Of a stretch of DNA of 64,000 nucleotides, positions 40,283 through 53,869 are shown piece by piece (the first letter of the stretch is position 1; each line of letters begins with the position of its first letter). Made by a program: the position numbers and the translations under genes. The notes below the pieces were generated by a model that was not told the DNA's origin, ran no database searches, and worked only from the letters and a program-made list of their open reading frames with translations. The DNA is from Octopus sinensis (taxonomy: Eukaryota): NCBI RefSeq assembly GCF_006345805.1, contig NC_043002.1:37448001-37512000 (forward strand), in the 5' to 3' direction.

Positions 40283-41364
40283 CACCCAGTACACCCCATA
40301 GAATACTTAACAGCAAGAGGGAGACAATCTAGAGTTGAAAGGTCTGTTTAATCTTGCTGAGGACATATAATGCCTATAGTGCTGGTGCCATGATGAAATT
40401 TGCCTGTTACCCTCCATAATTATGTGATATATACAGGGTTTCCATCCACTGAAAAATAGGGGTGAGATATAATCTTCTGACCTGTCCAGGTGAGCTGAAA
40501 CTCCATAAAAGAACTGATTTGGAATGTAGTGATCCATTATAACCCATGCCAACAAGGAAAGCAGGTATGTCAGTGATGATGATAAATGTTGAAGAAGACG
40601 ATGATTATGATATTTCTATCTATCTATCTGTCTGTCTGCCTGTCTGTCTATCTATCTATCTATCTAGCTGTCTGCTGCCTGTCTATCTATCTGTCTACTA
40701 TCACTGTCTATCTATTTATCTGTGTGTGTGTGTGGTTTGTATACACACACATGTATATATACATATATATGCAAATACACATATATACATACACACATAC
40801 ATATACTTACACATACACATATGCATCCATGCACATGAGTATATGTGTATGTGTGTGCATGTGCTTGTGTGCATGTGTGTGTTTGCATGTGTGTGCATGC
40901 ATGAATGCGTATGTGTGTTTGCTATGTGCACCAGCTGAAATAAATTATTCGGCATGTAGAATAGTTTGAAATCCATTTTCATTTCTTTTTGAAAGGAGAA
41001 GTTTCTGATTCAAAAACGTTTGTTGTTAATGGTGACACATTTTAAAATGTTACTCAATATTTAAATGGTGCAAGTTAAATATGATTATAATAATAAAAAA
41101 AAAATGTGATGGCATTAACAAATGTTTATGTAATTAAAATTTATAAATTTATGTATTTATATTCATGCAAAAATAAACATTAGTTATATTAAAGAACCCA
41201 GGTGATGCTAACAGCAAAAAAAAAAAAAAAATCTGTTACTTAACATGTAATGTGCACCTTACTGAAAAGGTTAATGGAATATCAGTGTTGATCAAATTAA
41301 CTTCAGATGAATGAAATTTGCATTTTATCATAATATTTTTTAAATGGGCTCTTAAGAAGAAATG

Positions 41365-41400
<36 letters not shown>

Positions 41401-41415
41401 GACACTTTATATGTG

Positions 41416-41494
<79 letters not shown>

Positions 41495-41557
41495 TTTTAT
41501 ATATACATATCTATGTATCTATCTGTCTATCTATCTATCCATCTGTCTATCTATAGG

Positions 41558-41760
41558 GAAATTTTATGAAAAAAACAACAAAAGACGAAGACAGGTGGTG
41601 TACAAAACAAACAGATGTATTAGAATAACGTTCAGGAATAGAAAAAGTCTTTTATGCTTCGAGCCTATGCTCTTCTACAGAAAGGGACACAGAAAACGAG
41701 GAGAGAAACAAGGAGAGAAAAAATGTATGTAGTGGCTAATGATCTATCATGGCGTCTCTA
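41558..41760 (-). mobile_element. Penelope-like pLTR relic with hammerhead-like motif (41649-41684)
   Basis: CTTT-CTGTAGA-A-GAGC-ATAG-GCTC-GAA-GCAT-A-AAAG; homologous to 49782-49964; ends in microsatellite. Confidence 0.6.
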
Positions 41761-42083
41761 TCTATCTATCCATCCGTCTGTCTGTCTGTCTGTCTGTATG
41801 TATGTATACACACACAGATGTCAAGAAAGCATCTCTTGTATATGTATAGTCATAAAAACGCAGAAATATATCAGCAACAGGCAAAGATTGCTCAGCAGTG
41901 ACAATGCCATTGGTAGATGCAGATTTCTACTTTTTTAGCTTCGTCAGTAGACCATACTAACGAACAGGAATGTGAAACATTCTTTTGTTATATTTCTGCT
42001 GTTTTTAAATAAAGCATACATACATATATATATATATGAAAAAACAAGTCAAAAATAGAAAATGCTAAGATAATTTTATAGTG

Positions 42084-42136
42084 AATCTTTCAGTACCGGT
42101 TTCGGTCATTTTGAGACCTTTTCAACTGTAACGATT
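42084..42136 (-). ncRNA. Minimal type-I hammerhead ribozyme candidate, U3:A8 variant
   Basis: CAG-UUGAAAA-GGUC-UCAAAAU-GACC-GAA-ACCGGU-A-CUG, with stem I extending by AAUC(G)UU/AAGAUU. Confidence 0.7.
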
Positions 42137-42570
42137 AAATAATTAAATTTATATATATATATATCTATATATATATATATAAATTTATATATATATATAT
42201 ATATCTATATATATATATATATAAATTTATATATATATATATCACCAATTATATCCTGTCAGATTCTTTCTACATACTGATTCATTTACAAACAAATCCT
42301 CATAGAAGCAACTTTGACTAAAACCTTCTTAAGAAAATACATCACAATATTTTCACCAATTTCAATGTCATGATTAGTGAAATGTGTAACTGGTTAACTA
42401 TCATAATATTCTAACCTTCAAAATATATTAAAAATACATAAATCGTGTGCATTTTCCTTCTTTTATTATGTATTTTTTCATAGGTGCAGGAGTGGCTGTG
42501 TTGTATGTAGCTTGCTTACCAACCACATCATTCTGGTGGTTGGTAAGCAAGAGTAAAAGAGTCTGTATTA

Positions 42571-42621
42571 TCACATCTGTCTGATGAATAGTTTCATGAA
42601 ACTCTGAGCTAAGGTTTGTGA
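42571..42621 (+). ncRNA. Degenerate hammerhead-like motif
   Basis: Intact CTGATGA core, 2-bp stem II, GAA-ACTCTGAGC (U16.1>C), partial stem I TCACA/TGTGA. Confidence 0.4.
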
Positions 42622-42720
42622 AGTTTTTACAATCTTAATAACTAAAATAATATATATATGTGTGTGTGTGTGTATGTATGTAAGTATACATGTATGTACA
42701 TATGTATATGTATGTGTATA

Positions 42721-42947
42721 CAGGGCTGGCACAAAGTCACCTGACAGTAAATCAAAATCCCTTAAATACTTAATATTCAATTTTATTTATTCATTCCAGT
42801 TATGCATGTTTAATAATTGAATACTGTGAATTTAAATCACTGTTTTTTTTTCAACATTTGTCTATTTATTCGTGAAGTCTCATTTAAAAATATGAAATAA
42901 GTTTTTGGTTTAATCTTGGAATTAAATGGTTTTGATTTGCTGTCAGG
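42721..42947. mobile_element. Tc1/mariner-type MITE, right TIR truncated by a SINE
   Basis: TA|CAGGGCTGGCACAAAGTCACCTGACAGTAAATCAAAA at left; TTTTGATTTGCTGTCAGG (42930-42947) is its partial inverse. Confidence 0.75.
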
Positions 42948-43000
42948 ATTAGGTAGACAGAAACTGAAAGAAGCCCATCGTATGTATGTATGTATGTATG

Positions 43001-43044
<44 letters not shown>

Positions 43045-43934
43045 TAAACTGGGACAAGAATGCAAAACATTTAGGAGATTATACAAAAAACACAGACGGG
43101 ACATTCGAAGCCTTCAATCTTCAGCCAAGAACTGGATCATCCTTGCAATTTCGGCTATATATATATATATGTATGTGTGTCTGTGTTTGTCCCCCCCCCC
43201 CACCCTGAACATAGCTTGACAACCGATGCTGGTGTGCTTGCATCCCCATAACTTAGCGGTTTGGCAAAAGATACCGATAGAATAATTACTAGGCTTACAA
43301 AGAATAAATCCTGGGGTCGATTTGCTCAACTAAAGGCAGTGCTCCAGCATGGCCACAGCCGAATGACTGAAACAAGTAAAAGAGCAAAGAGAGTTGTCCC
43401 TCAGCATTTGCCCCGTCCAATTATTGAAACAAGTAAATGATAAAAGATAGAATATGTATATATTTGCACTGTTTTCATTTCAGACATATCAATAAATTTC
43501 GTTATATTACCATAGAGAATATGAATAGCACGTTAACAAAAATGGAGAAAGGACTTCATAATTGAGCCATCAACCAAGAGAAAATGCTGTTAAGCATATG
43601 GAAGAGTGCAAGTTAAATTATTGATGTGCCTCATTCTGTTCATCTACAGTCAAGCAAGACAACCAAGAACATTCAGCTAATTGGCCAATAATATTGTGAA
43701 CAGCATCCTCAAACATCTTTTATGCATATTTCATTTTAATTGAATATCAGTCTGTCCGACAATGCTGTAAGGTGTTTTGAAAGATTTAAATTTATATCAG
43801 TTTATCTGTGGACGTGTATGAACATTAAACGAAGATAATTTTGATGTCCAGGCTCACTGTGTGTGTATCTGTGTGCATGTATGTATGTATATACATTCAT
43901 AAATACCACTGCATATACACTTGTGCATGTCATC

Positions 43935-44350
43935 GTCATCATCATTGTTTAACGTCCACTTTCCATTGTACAATGGGTTGGACGATTTGACTGAGGTCTG
44001 GTGAACCAGACGACTGCACCAGACTCCAATTTGATCTGGCAGAGTTTCTACAGATGGATGCCCTTCCTAACGCCAACCACTCTTAGGGTGTAGTGGGTGC
44101 TTTTACATGCCACCGGCACGAGGGCCATTCAGGCAGTACTGGCAACAGCCACGCTCAAATGGTGCTTTTTATGTGTCACCTGCACATAAAAAGCACCATT
44201 TGATCACCATCATTATTTAACATCCATTTTCAATCTGTCACGGGTTGGACAGTTTGACCAGCTATTGCAAGTCAGAAAGCTGCTCCATGTTCCGGTATCT
44301 GATTTGGGTTGGTTTCTACAGCCAACCACTTTGTATTGTGTGCTGGATGC
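43935..44350 (-). mobile_element. RTE 3' UTR/tail copies (two adjacent)
   Basis: catcatcattgtttaacgtcc...ggatgcccttcctaacgccaaccac. Similar copies at 1698-1810, 25690-25850, 56855-57052 and 62022-62370. Confidence 0.8.
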
Positions 44351-45349
44351 TTTCCATGTGGCACTGGCACAGGGCTCTTGCAGGCCAATCTTCTGCAACA
44401 GGGGGAGCAGCCTTAACACTTGAAGAGTTTACTACTAGATGTTAGCCTGTGATTAGTCGAGAAGGTCACAGTTTGATGTTTGTATTTCAGCGATAATGGT
44501 TACTTGGAAAATACCGCATGGTGAACAGGAAATCAGCTGTGTGGTGGACAGGAAATTGGTCACATAGTAGAGTGAAAGTAGGAAGGGGCGGTAGGTGTGG
44601 GAGTATATATGCCCATCTATCTGTGTGTATGCATCTGTACTTATATAAGTGTGTATGTCTGCATAGATATACATTCACACATCCGCATGCAGGCACACTC
44701 ACACACACACACACAGACACACACATATGAATGCACACATGCACATGCACGCACACATGCAAACATGCACACACACATGCATGCATACTTTTATCTCCAT
44801 GTATATATAAGCACATGCACGTGCACACACAACTGCATACATGGACATACACAAGTGCACATGTATATGGACGTACATGTGAGCACATGTAAACCACTGT
44901 GCACACATCCATGCATATTCATAGGGTGCATAGATGCACATGTGCACGTGCACACATACTATTGTGGTTATATACAAGGAGTGAGAATATGTGGGTAGAC
45001 AGACATGAAGAAGTGTTGGGGATTGGTGATTTGAATACATGTATATGTGCGTGTTTCTGTTTATGTATATATATGTGCAGATGTGGCTGTGTAGTAAGTA
45101 GCTTACTTACCAACCACATGGTTCAGGCTAAGTCCCACTGCATGGCACAGTGGGTAAGTGTCTTCTACTATAGCCTCAGGCTGATCAAAGCCTTGTGAGT
45201 GGATTTGGTAGATGGAAACTGAAAGAAGTTCATCGTAAATATATATGTGTGTGTGTGTGTGTGTGTATGCTTGTGTGACTGTGTTTGTTCCCCTACTATC
45301 GCTTGACAACTGATGCTGGTGTGTTTACACCCCCATAACTTTGTGGTTT

Positions 45350-46110
45350 GGCACAAGGCCCGAAATTTTGGGGGAAAGGAGGCAGTTTATTAGATCGACT
45401 CCAGTACGCTGTTGGTACTTAATTTATGAACCTTGAAAGGATGAAAGGCTAAGTCAACCTCAGCGGAATTTGAACTCAGAACATAGCGGCAGACGAAATA
45501 CTGCTAAGCATTTCGCCTGGCATGCTAACGATTCAGCCAGCTCGCCACCACACTTACAAATATTAACATATACTATGTCATAAAAATAAACGATCAATAA
45601 AATCTGTTTAAATTACTAATGTCTGTATGGAAAAGATGTTACTATTCAATCAAGTTATTAATATTGAAAGATGTAAATATCGAATTAAATTGCTAACTTA
45701 ATACAACCATTATTGTAGCAGAGAAAGGAAAAAAAGAACAGGAAGATAATGTGCTCAATACCAAAGCAAAACTATGAACGTTGCTAGATGAAAATTTCTT
45801 TAGCAACATAAGTCTAACATAGGGTGGCAAGATGGCAGGATCATTAGCATGCTGGGCAAAATGCTTAGTGGTATTCATCTGCCGTTATATTCTGAGTTCA
45901 AATTCTGCTGAGGTTGACTTTGTCTTTCATCCTTTTGGGGTCGATTAACTAAGTACCAGTTATGAACTGGGGTCGATGTAATCGACTTAAGTCAAGCAGT
46001 TATAAAGTGGTGAGCTGGCTGAATCACTAGCCAGCTGGACAAAATGCATAGTGGTATTTTGTCCATCCTTACATTCTGAGTTCAAATTCTGCTGAGGTTG
46101 AAATTACTTT
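45350..46110. mobile_element. SINE D copies (45350-45550 minus; 45820-45985 and 46005-46110 plus)
   Basis: Best-preserved head: A-box-like TGAATCGTTAG region, B box GAGTTCAAATTCC, then TTTCATCCTT core. Confidence 0.8.
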
Positions 46111-46860
46111 TCATTCTTCCGATAATAATGATAATAGTAATAATAATGATAATGATAATTATAAAAGAATTTGGATTTGAACATGTGGGGAAAAAATAGC
46201 ACAATCATAAAACAAAACATGTCCTAGAAATCAACCACATAAAGCTGGTGTGGCATATGAAAATTCAAATGGATAAGCAAATAGAGCATCCATGCCCAGA
46301 TATTGTTTTCGTTATAGTAATAAACACAAAATTCTGTCTGTTTGGGGCCCCTACACCTCAGGGTACATTTGCTCAACAAAGACATATTATATCATTTTGG
46401 AATCAGGATGATCCTGGAATTGAAAATCTTCCTTTCATTTGGTTCTTGAACATCCAGCATTAGGATCTGATTTAAAAACATTAGGGCTGCTATTTCTAGC
46501 AGGTAAAGCCTGGCTGATTCACATAATCTTGGTTGGCATTTGTCAGATGATGTCAGAGATAAAGGTGGAGATAAATAACATTTGCTTTGTTAATTTTATG
46601 TTGAAATAAAAACTGTGGGACAAATTGGTTGGCAGTTGGAATTCAACTTGGGACTGGAACAATAGAATGATGGCATTACAGAAGTAATTCTCATCAGTCC
46701 TTCATCTCTGATCAAGCACCACTGGGACATATAGTCGTTATAGATGTATTATAGTCATGCTATTACCTCTCTTTAGTTTTAGACCACAGGCCCAATTGAC
46801 CCCCTGCAGGAGCTAACCTGAAAGTCTGCAGAGAATGCAGCTTTTATGCTAGTACTCAAT

Positions 46861-47250
46861 AAAGAGGAAAGAAAGTGTTGCTTAATTAATGTTGCTGCCT
46901 GTTGAATACAAGAGTGGTAGACAAAGAATGTGAGAAATTAGAGAAATACCAAGACCTAAAATATGAAATTCAGAGATTATGTAACTGCTGTAGGGTTAGC
47001 ATCATCCTAGTTGTAATGGGAACCCTAGGAACAGGTGCAAGACGTTTGAATGTTGGTTGAATGTGTTGGGTATTGAGATGAATTTCCTGATATCATAGAA
47101 AGCCTGTTTGCCTAACATAGCAAGCACTGTAAGAAAGGTGATATATACCTAAGGTTGCAGGATGCAGCTCGATAACTAGAAATCCAATTACAGGTAGAAC
47201 AACAATGAAATACTGAGTGAACAAAAGGAATAATGATGATGATGATGATG
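46861..47250 (+). mobile_element. R4/Dong-type non-LTR retrotransposon 3' relic
   Basis: KEERKCCLINVA / LNTRVVDKECEKLEKYQDLKYEIQRLCNCCRVSIILVVMGTLG / KACLPNIASTVRKVIYT* (stop 47150-47152); ends in AAT/(GAT)n. Confidence 0.8.
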
Positions 47251-48606
47251 ACGATGATGATAATGATGAGGAGGATGAGAATGTGGAAAAGGAGGAGGAG
47301 GAGGATAAGAAAATGATTGTGATTAAATAGGGTAATTATGAATTATATATATATACTAATATGTGTGCATTTGCTGTTCATATAATATACAAACATTAGG
47401 ACATCTGTGGAGGCACGTGGCTAAGTGGTCAGGGTAAGATTGTGGTTTCAATTCCTGGACTGGGCAATGCATTGACTTCTTGACCAAAACACTTCCTTTC
47501 ATGTTGCTTCATTTGGCAAAACTGAGTCTTCCTGAAATGGACTAATGTCCGGCTCAGGGGTGGGGGAATGTTGCCCCCCCCTTCCCCCAGTAATTAGGAA
47601 ACTGGACTTATGAGTCTATATGACTCAGGAATTTTCATAATGACTTAAGTTTATAACTTCAAATCAACAGCATGCAAATGTGTGTATGTGTGTATGTGTG
47701 TACACATCTCTTTCATCCTTTACACCATCTTTTTTCTCAGCTCCCTAGAATTTTATTATAATGCTTCTCTGTACACCCCTCTTTATGAATTGCTACTTTT
47801 CACCTCCAATTCCCTAACCCACTTCCGTATTTCTTTACCGTTCCTCAAACGGAGATTCATAATTGATTTCACTGTCACTCATGTTCACCATTCTTTGCAT
47901 TCACCTCTGTTCTCATCTCTACCATCTATCAATCTCCATTCATGTTCTTGTGATTCTACTTCACCAGCCATCCCCATTCTCTGTCCCTATTTTGTCATTA
48001 TCCACATTCTTGAACCTTGAAGGTATGCTCTCTAACGCTTCATCCCAACTATCCTTTCTCCCTTTCCTGCTGAAATACCTATGCATCTCCTGTTGAGCCA
48101 GACACCTCTTTCTCTCCTGCCATCATACTTTAGCCTTTCAACATGTGGCTCAAAGCCACCTTCCTCAATACAGCACAGCCACTCTATCAAATGTTCTGGT
48201 TTTGTGAGTTACCTCACATAGATTCACATGCAAAATCCTCCTCCTTCCCCCTCTTCCTGCTTCTCATCGTCTTACTCCTCCTTCCCTTCTGCATTATCCC
48301 CCCTCCTCCTCCATCTCATCGTCATATTAATGTTTACTTTGCATAGTTGCAATGGTCACATGGAATTTGATATGCAGAATTTCTACAGCCACATGCCCTT
48401 CCTGTCATGTAACCAACCTTCATAAGTGAGTGAGTGTGTGCACATGTGTGTGTGTGTGCACATGCACACGTGTATACATATATATATATATATTAGAAGA
48501 GAGCATGAAGTAAAACATGTGGTATCACACCAGAGTATATAACTTATAATTCAAACATAATTGCAGGATTGTTAGAATAATAAGATATTAAGAAAGGATA
48601 TATAAA

Positions 48607-48700
48607 GTCTTTTATAGCTGTTTCTTGAATAGCTGAGCTTGAGGAGCCTATGTCATTGAGCAAAGATTTTCGTGTAACCCAACTATTCTATCTTCAGAGG
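48607..48700 (-). ncRNA. Hammerhead-like motif with long stem II
   Basis: Intact CTGAAGA core, stem II TAGAATAGTTG/CAGCTATTCAA, GAA-ACAGCTAT-A (palindrome ACAGCTGT with one change); weak stem I. Confidence 0.55.
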
Positions 48701-49708
48701 AAGAATTAAGAACTCTCTCATTCACACACACACAGACACACACTGTGTTTTTTTAGATGTATGTGAACATGTATCAATGTGTATATTGAAGTGTGCATGT
48801 TGGTCTTAAATAGAATCTTTGGGATTGTAAGGAAAGAAAAGAAAATCTACATTTTACAGAAAATTATGTCAGGAGATTTTTGACTGGAATTTTTTTATTT
48901 ATGAAATGAGGAGTTACTAACCATCTACTCAACCATAATTCCCTGTCATACATACCTGAAATATTCTAAACTCATAAATCATTATTATTATCATTATAAT
49001 CAAATATCATCTGCCTACAGCATCTGCTTTTCCTTGCTGTTGACAGGAGCTGAAACAAACTACTGTTGGGATTGCTTTTTTTTTTTTTTTTTTTTTTTTC
49101 TCTAGCATTTTCTACCTATTCTCAGTTTTCTGATTAGATTTTTACACAGCACTTTCTATCTACAAGTTTATTTACCAATTCCAATCTGGATTAAATTCAA
49201 TTAATAACTCATATCACGTCTTCTTACTATTTACATAATTTGTTTGCGTCAGATTTGAAATCTATGCAGTTTTATCACTTGTATGCAATGTCCATTTCAT
49301 CAGCCTCGCTACACTCAATCTGGAGAGACTTACATCACACATACCTCAAGTCATACTAAGTTTATTCCTATCTACCTTGTCTTATTTTTCAACCTTTCAC
49401 AGTAAACCAGCAGAGAAGCAGCTGCTTGACTTACTACTAATAACTCTTAAATCTACTTCAAATTATGCTCTTGCCCTGCCTTAGGACCTAACAACTGTTA
49501 CCTGAATTTCTTTTTATCTCATCATTCCTCTCTTACAAATACTTTTCTCTGCGCTGATTAAGTTAATCAGGTATTAACCTTTAACATGGTTCCGGGTTCA
49601 GCCCCACTGTGTGGAACCTTGGGCAAGTGTCTTCAACTATAACCCCAGGCTGACCAAAGCCTTGTGAGTGGATTTGGTAGACAGAAAATAGCCTGTTGTT
49701 TATATATA

Positions 49709-49747
<39 letters not shown>

Positions 49748-49781
49748 ACAGGCTTTTTTCAGTTTCATCCAGTTGCCATGA

Positions 49782-49959
49782 TAGATCGGTAGCCACTACA
49801 CACATTTTTTTTCTCTCCTTGTTTCTTTCTGTGTTCTTTTCTGTGGAAGAGCGTAGGCTCGAAACATAAAATACTTTTTCAATTCCCGAGCATTATACTA
49901 ATACATCAGTTTGTTTTCCACACCACCTGTCTACATCTTTGTTTTTTTTCATGAATTCT

Positions 49960-49964
<5 letters not shown>
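49782..49964 (+). mobile_element. Penelope-like pLTR relic with hammerhead-like motif (49837-49871)
   Basis: TTTT-CTGTGGA-A-GAGC-GTAG-GCTC-GAA-ACAT-A-AAA; 3' end abuts (TA)n. Confidence 0.6.
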
Positions 49965-49999
<35 letters not shown>

Positions 50000-50786
50000 G
50001 TGTGTGTGTGTGAAAAGGTTGAATTATATTTCATCCTTTGATTTGGAAGGTTCCAAGAAGACGATTTCTAAGGAAGATTCTTCATATTTTGCTGGTAGCT
50101 TACTGGTGTACGTTTTTGTGAATATGAAAATAGTACTTGTATATGGTAAGTTATGCGAATTTTATGGAAAGGTATCCCATAGTACTCAGCAAATTTATTA
50201 AAAATGGAGAAGAGAAGATGTTGAAATTTGAAAGGAATTTAATACATATATATGTATATGTTTGTGTGTCTGTGTTTGTCTCCCCACCAACTGATGCTGG
50301 TGTGTTTATGTCCCTGTAATTTAGCAGTTTGGCAGTAGAGACTGATAGAATAAGTATTAGGCTTACAAAGAATAAGTCCTGGGGTTGATTTGTTTGACTA
50401 AAGGCAGTGCTCTAGAATGGCTGCAGTCAAATGACTGAAACAAGTAAAAGAAGAAAAGAATTTATTATGGTATGCTCCAGCATTGCCACAGTCAAATGAC
50501 TGAAACAAGTAAAAAAATAAAAGTATATGTATGTGTGTGTGTGTGTGTGTGTGCATGTACAATAGTTTCCAGCTTCCAAATTCATTTGTGTGGTTTTGCA
50601 TTAGGAACATGTATAGCAACTAACTTTTAGAAAGTAAAGACTTTATCTAGCATAGCTAAGTGTCTGCTTGTAGCCTTGTTGTCCAAACATAAATGATGAG
50701 GACCAGAGAAAGATAAAATTCAAGAGACTAAATCAAAGAAAAGAAAACCGAATTCTATTTTTTCTTTCTTTTTGCAAAGGTATTTT

Positions 50787-51091
50787 CGTCGCCCTTTTCA
50801 AGCCTAGCCAGACTCATGGGCCCGGTTTCCCGGTTTCTGTGGCGTATGTGTTTCACCCAGCTGGACGGGATGCCAGTCCATCGCAGCATTACTCAAGAAA
50901 TGGGAAGAGAGAGTGAGAGAAAGTTGTGGCGAAAGAGTACAACAGAGGTCACCTCCACCCCCAGCTGGACCATCGTAGAGCTTTTAGGTGTTTTCGCTCA
51001 ATAAATACACACAACGCCCGGTCTGGGAATCGAAACCGCGATCCTCCGACCGCGAGTCTGCTACCCTAACCACTGGGCCATTGCGCCTCCA
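50787..51091 (-). mobile_element. SINE family B variant
   Basis: A box TGGCCCAGTGG, B box GTTTCGATTCC; perfect 12-bp TSD CAAAGGTATTTT (50775-50786, 51092-51103). Confidence 0.9.
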
Positions 51092-51569
51092 CAAAGGTAT
51101 TTTACTTTAATAGAATTCTAGTTATCTGACTGTATCATTGAACATCTGGAACAAACATCCCAAGTTTAGACCCATGGTTTGAAAGTAAATTTTTGTATAA
51201 TTGTTAGTCAAGATAAAATATATTTGTCATTTCCTTGCATCTCAAGCTTCTCATTACTACCAACACGAAAATAAGAATTTAAAAGATGAAAAAAAAAAAA
51301 GTAATGGAAAGGAGAAAAAATGAGAAGAGACTGTATGAAATCTAGTCAACAAAATCTAAATTATGGCATTGCTAACTTTTAAACAAGTAGGAGTTAAAAT
51401 ATTTATCCAGAATAAATTCTAGACAAATTAATAAAAGAAACAGACAATGAAACTTTGTCTACATAACAATAACAGATAGAATAAACAGAACGGATAAACG
51501 TACTTAGATAAGAATGTAAACAATATCCATATACATAGATATACATGTATATGTCTATGTATACATATA

Positions 51570-51841
51570 TGTGTGTATGTGTGCGTGTGTGTGTATAGAT
51601 ATACACACACACAGATATACATATGTACATATATATATATAAATATATATATACGTGTGTGTATATATATATACACGTATGTATATATATATATATATAT
51701 ATGTCTGTGTGTGTGTATATATATATGTATATATATATATACCTATATATATGTATATATACCTATATATATGTATATATACCTATATATATGTATATAT
51801 ACCTATATATATGTATATATACCTATATATATGTATATATA

Positions 51842-51886
<45 letters not shown>

Positions 51887-52010
51887 ATATATATATATAC
51901 CTATATATAACATATACCTATATATATATATATATATTATATATATATATATTACCTATATATATATATACCTATATATATACATATACCTATATATATA
52001 TATATATACC

Positions 52011-52047
<37 letters not shown>

Positions 52048-52220
52048 CCTATATATATATATGTATATATATATATACCTATATATATATATGTATATAT
52101 ATATATACCTATATACCTATATATATATATGTATATATATATATATACCTATATACCTATATATATATGTATATATATATATATACCTATATATATATAT
52201 ATATGTATATATAATATATG

Positions 52221-52253
<33 letters not shown>

Positions 52254-52311
52254 ATGTATATATATATATGTATATATATATATGTATTATATATTATATA
52301 TGTATATATAC

Positions 52312-52369
<58 letters not shown>

Positions 52370-52442
52370 GTATATATGTATATATATATATGCATACATG
52401 TATGTGTATATATATGCATACATGTATGTATATATCTGTGTG

Positions 52443-52480
<38 letters not shown>

Positions 52481-53033
52481 TGTATATATGTATTTACATG
52501 TATACATGTGTAAATGAGTGTGTATATGTATAGATATAACACCTAGGAATAATAACAACAACAACTACAAAAACTAAAATAAAGATGTAAGAAATAAAAA
52601 TTGAAAACAGCAACGTAGGCTACTGCAGAAAACATTTATTAATTGAATGAAGAACATGATAAAAGTGAAGTAAACGATATTTTGGATGTTAAAATTCAAA
52701 GCAGACAAAAGAAATAAACAGAATGATAAGTTTGACATGCTTGATGCATCAACATCATGAAAATAATGAAAACTGAGACTATATTTCAATGAGATATTTT
52801 TGCTGTAGTTATTCTTGTATTAGCTTTTTGCTTTTCCTAATGCTTGAGGTGATGCTGATGCTGATGGCAAGAGTGGTGGTGTTGGTTACTAGTTTCTGTA
52901 AGGAGTGGGTGCAATACAAGGGAGTGGCTGTATAGTTTGCCTTCAAAAGAAGCAAAAGAACAGTGTGTATGTATGTATGTGTGTGTGTGTGTATATATAT
53001 ATATAACATATATATATATATGTTATATATATA

Positions 53034-53086
<53 letters not shown>

Positions 53087-53126
53087 GTATATATATATTG
53101 TATATATTATATATATGTATATATAC

Positions 53127-53177
<51 letters not shown>

Positions 53178-53259
53178 ACATATGTATATATTATATATAT
53201 ATATATGCATACATGTATGTGTATATATATATGCATACATGTATGTATATATCTGTGTG

Positions 53260-53290
<31 letters not shown>

Positions 53291-53803
53291 GCATGTATAT
53301 ATGTATTTACATGTATACATGTGTAAATGAGTGTGTATATGTATAGATATAACACCTAGGAATAATAACAACAACAACTACAAAAACTAAAATAAAGATG
53401 TAAGAAATAAAAATTGAAAACAGCAACGTAGGCTACTGCAGAAAACATTTATTATTGAATGAAGAACATGATAAAAGTGAAGTAAACGATATTTTGGATG
53501 TTAAAATTCAAAGCAGACAAAAGAAATAAACAGAATGATAAGTTTGACATGCTTGATGCATCAACATCATGAAAATAATGAAAACTGAGACTATATTTCA
53601 ATGAGATATTTTTGCTGTAGTTATTCTTGTATTAGCTTTTTGCTTTTCCTAATGCTTGAGGTGATGCTGATGCTGATGGCAAGAGTGGTGGTGTTGGTTA
53701 CTAGTTTCTGTAAGGAGTGGGTGCAATACAAGGGAGTGGCTGTATAGTTTGCCTTCAAAAGAAGCAAAAGAACAGTGTGTATGTATGTATGTGTGTGTGT
53801 GTG

Positions 53804-53869
<66 letters not shown>

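Noticed and set aside
41915-41985. Back-to-back CTGACGA (minus) and CTAACGA (plus) hammerhead-like cores
   Set aside because: Stems I and III cannot be formed convincingly.
43041-43156. TA-embedded insert with CTGAAGA on the minus strand
   Set aside because: No GAAA after a valid stem II; it may be pLTR-related but is not supportable as a ribozyme.
48593-48601. Perfect U12 donor ATATCCTTT on the sense strand (also ATATCCTT at 34270-34277 and 62550-62557)
   Set aside because: None is preceded by Cav3 exon-1 coding sequence ending in a split Pro codon, and roughly one such 9-mer is expected by chance in this much AT-rich DNA.
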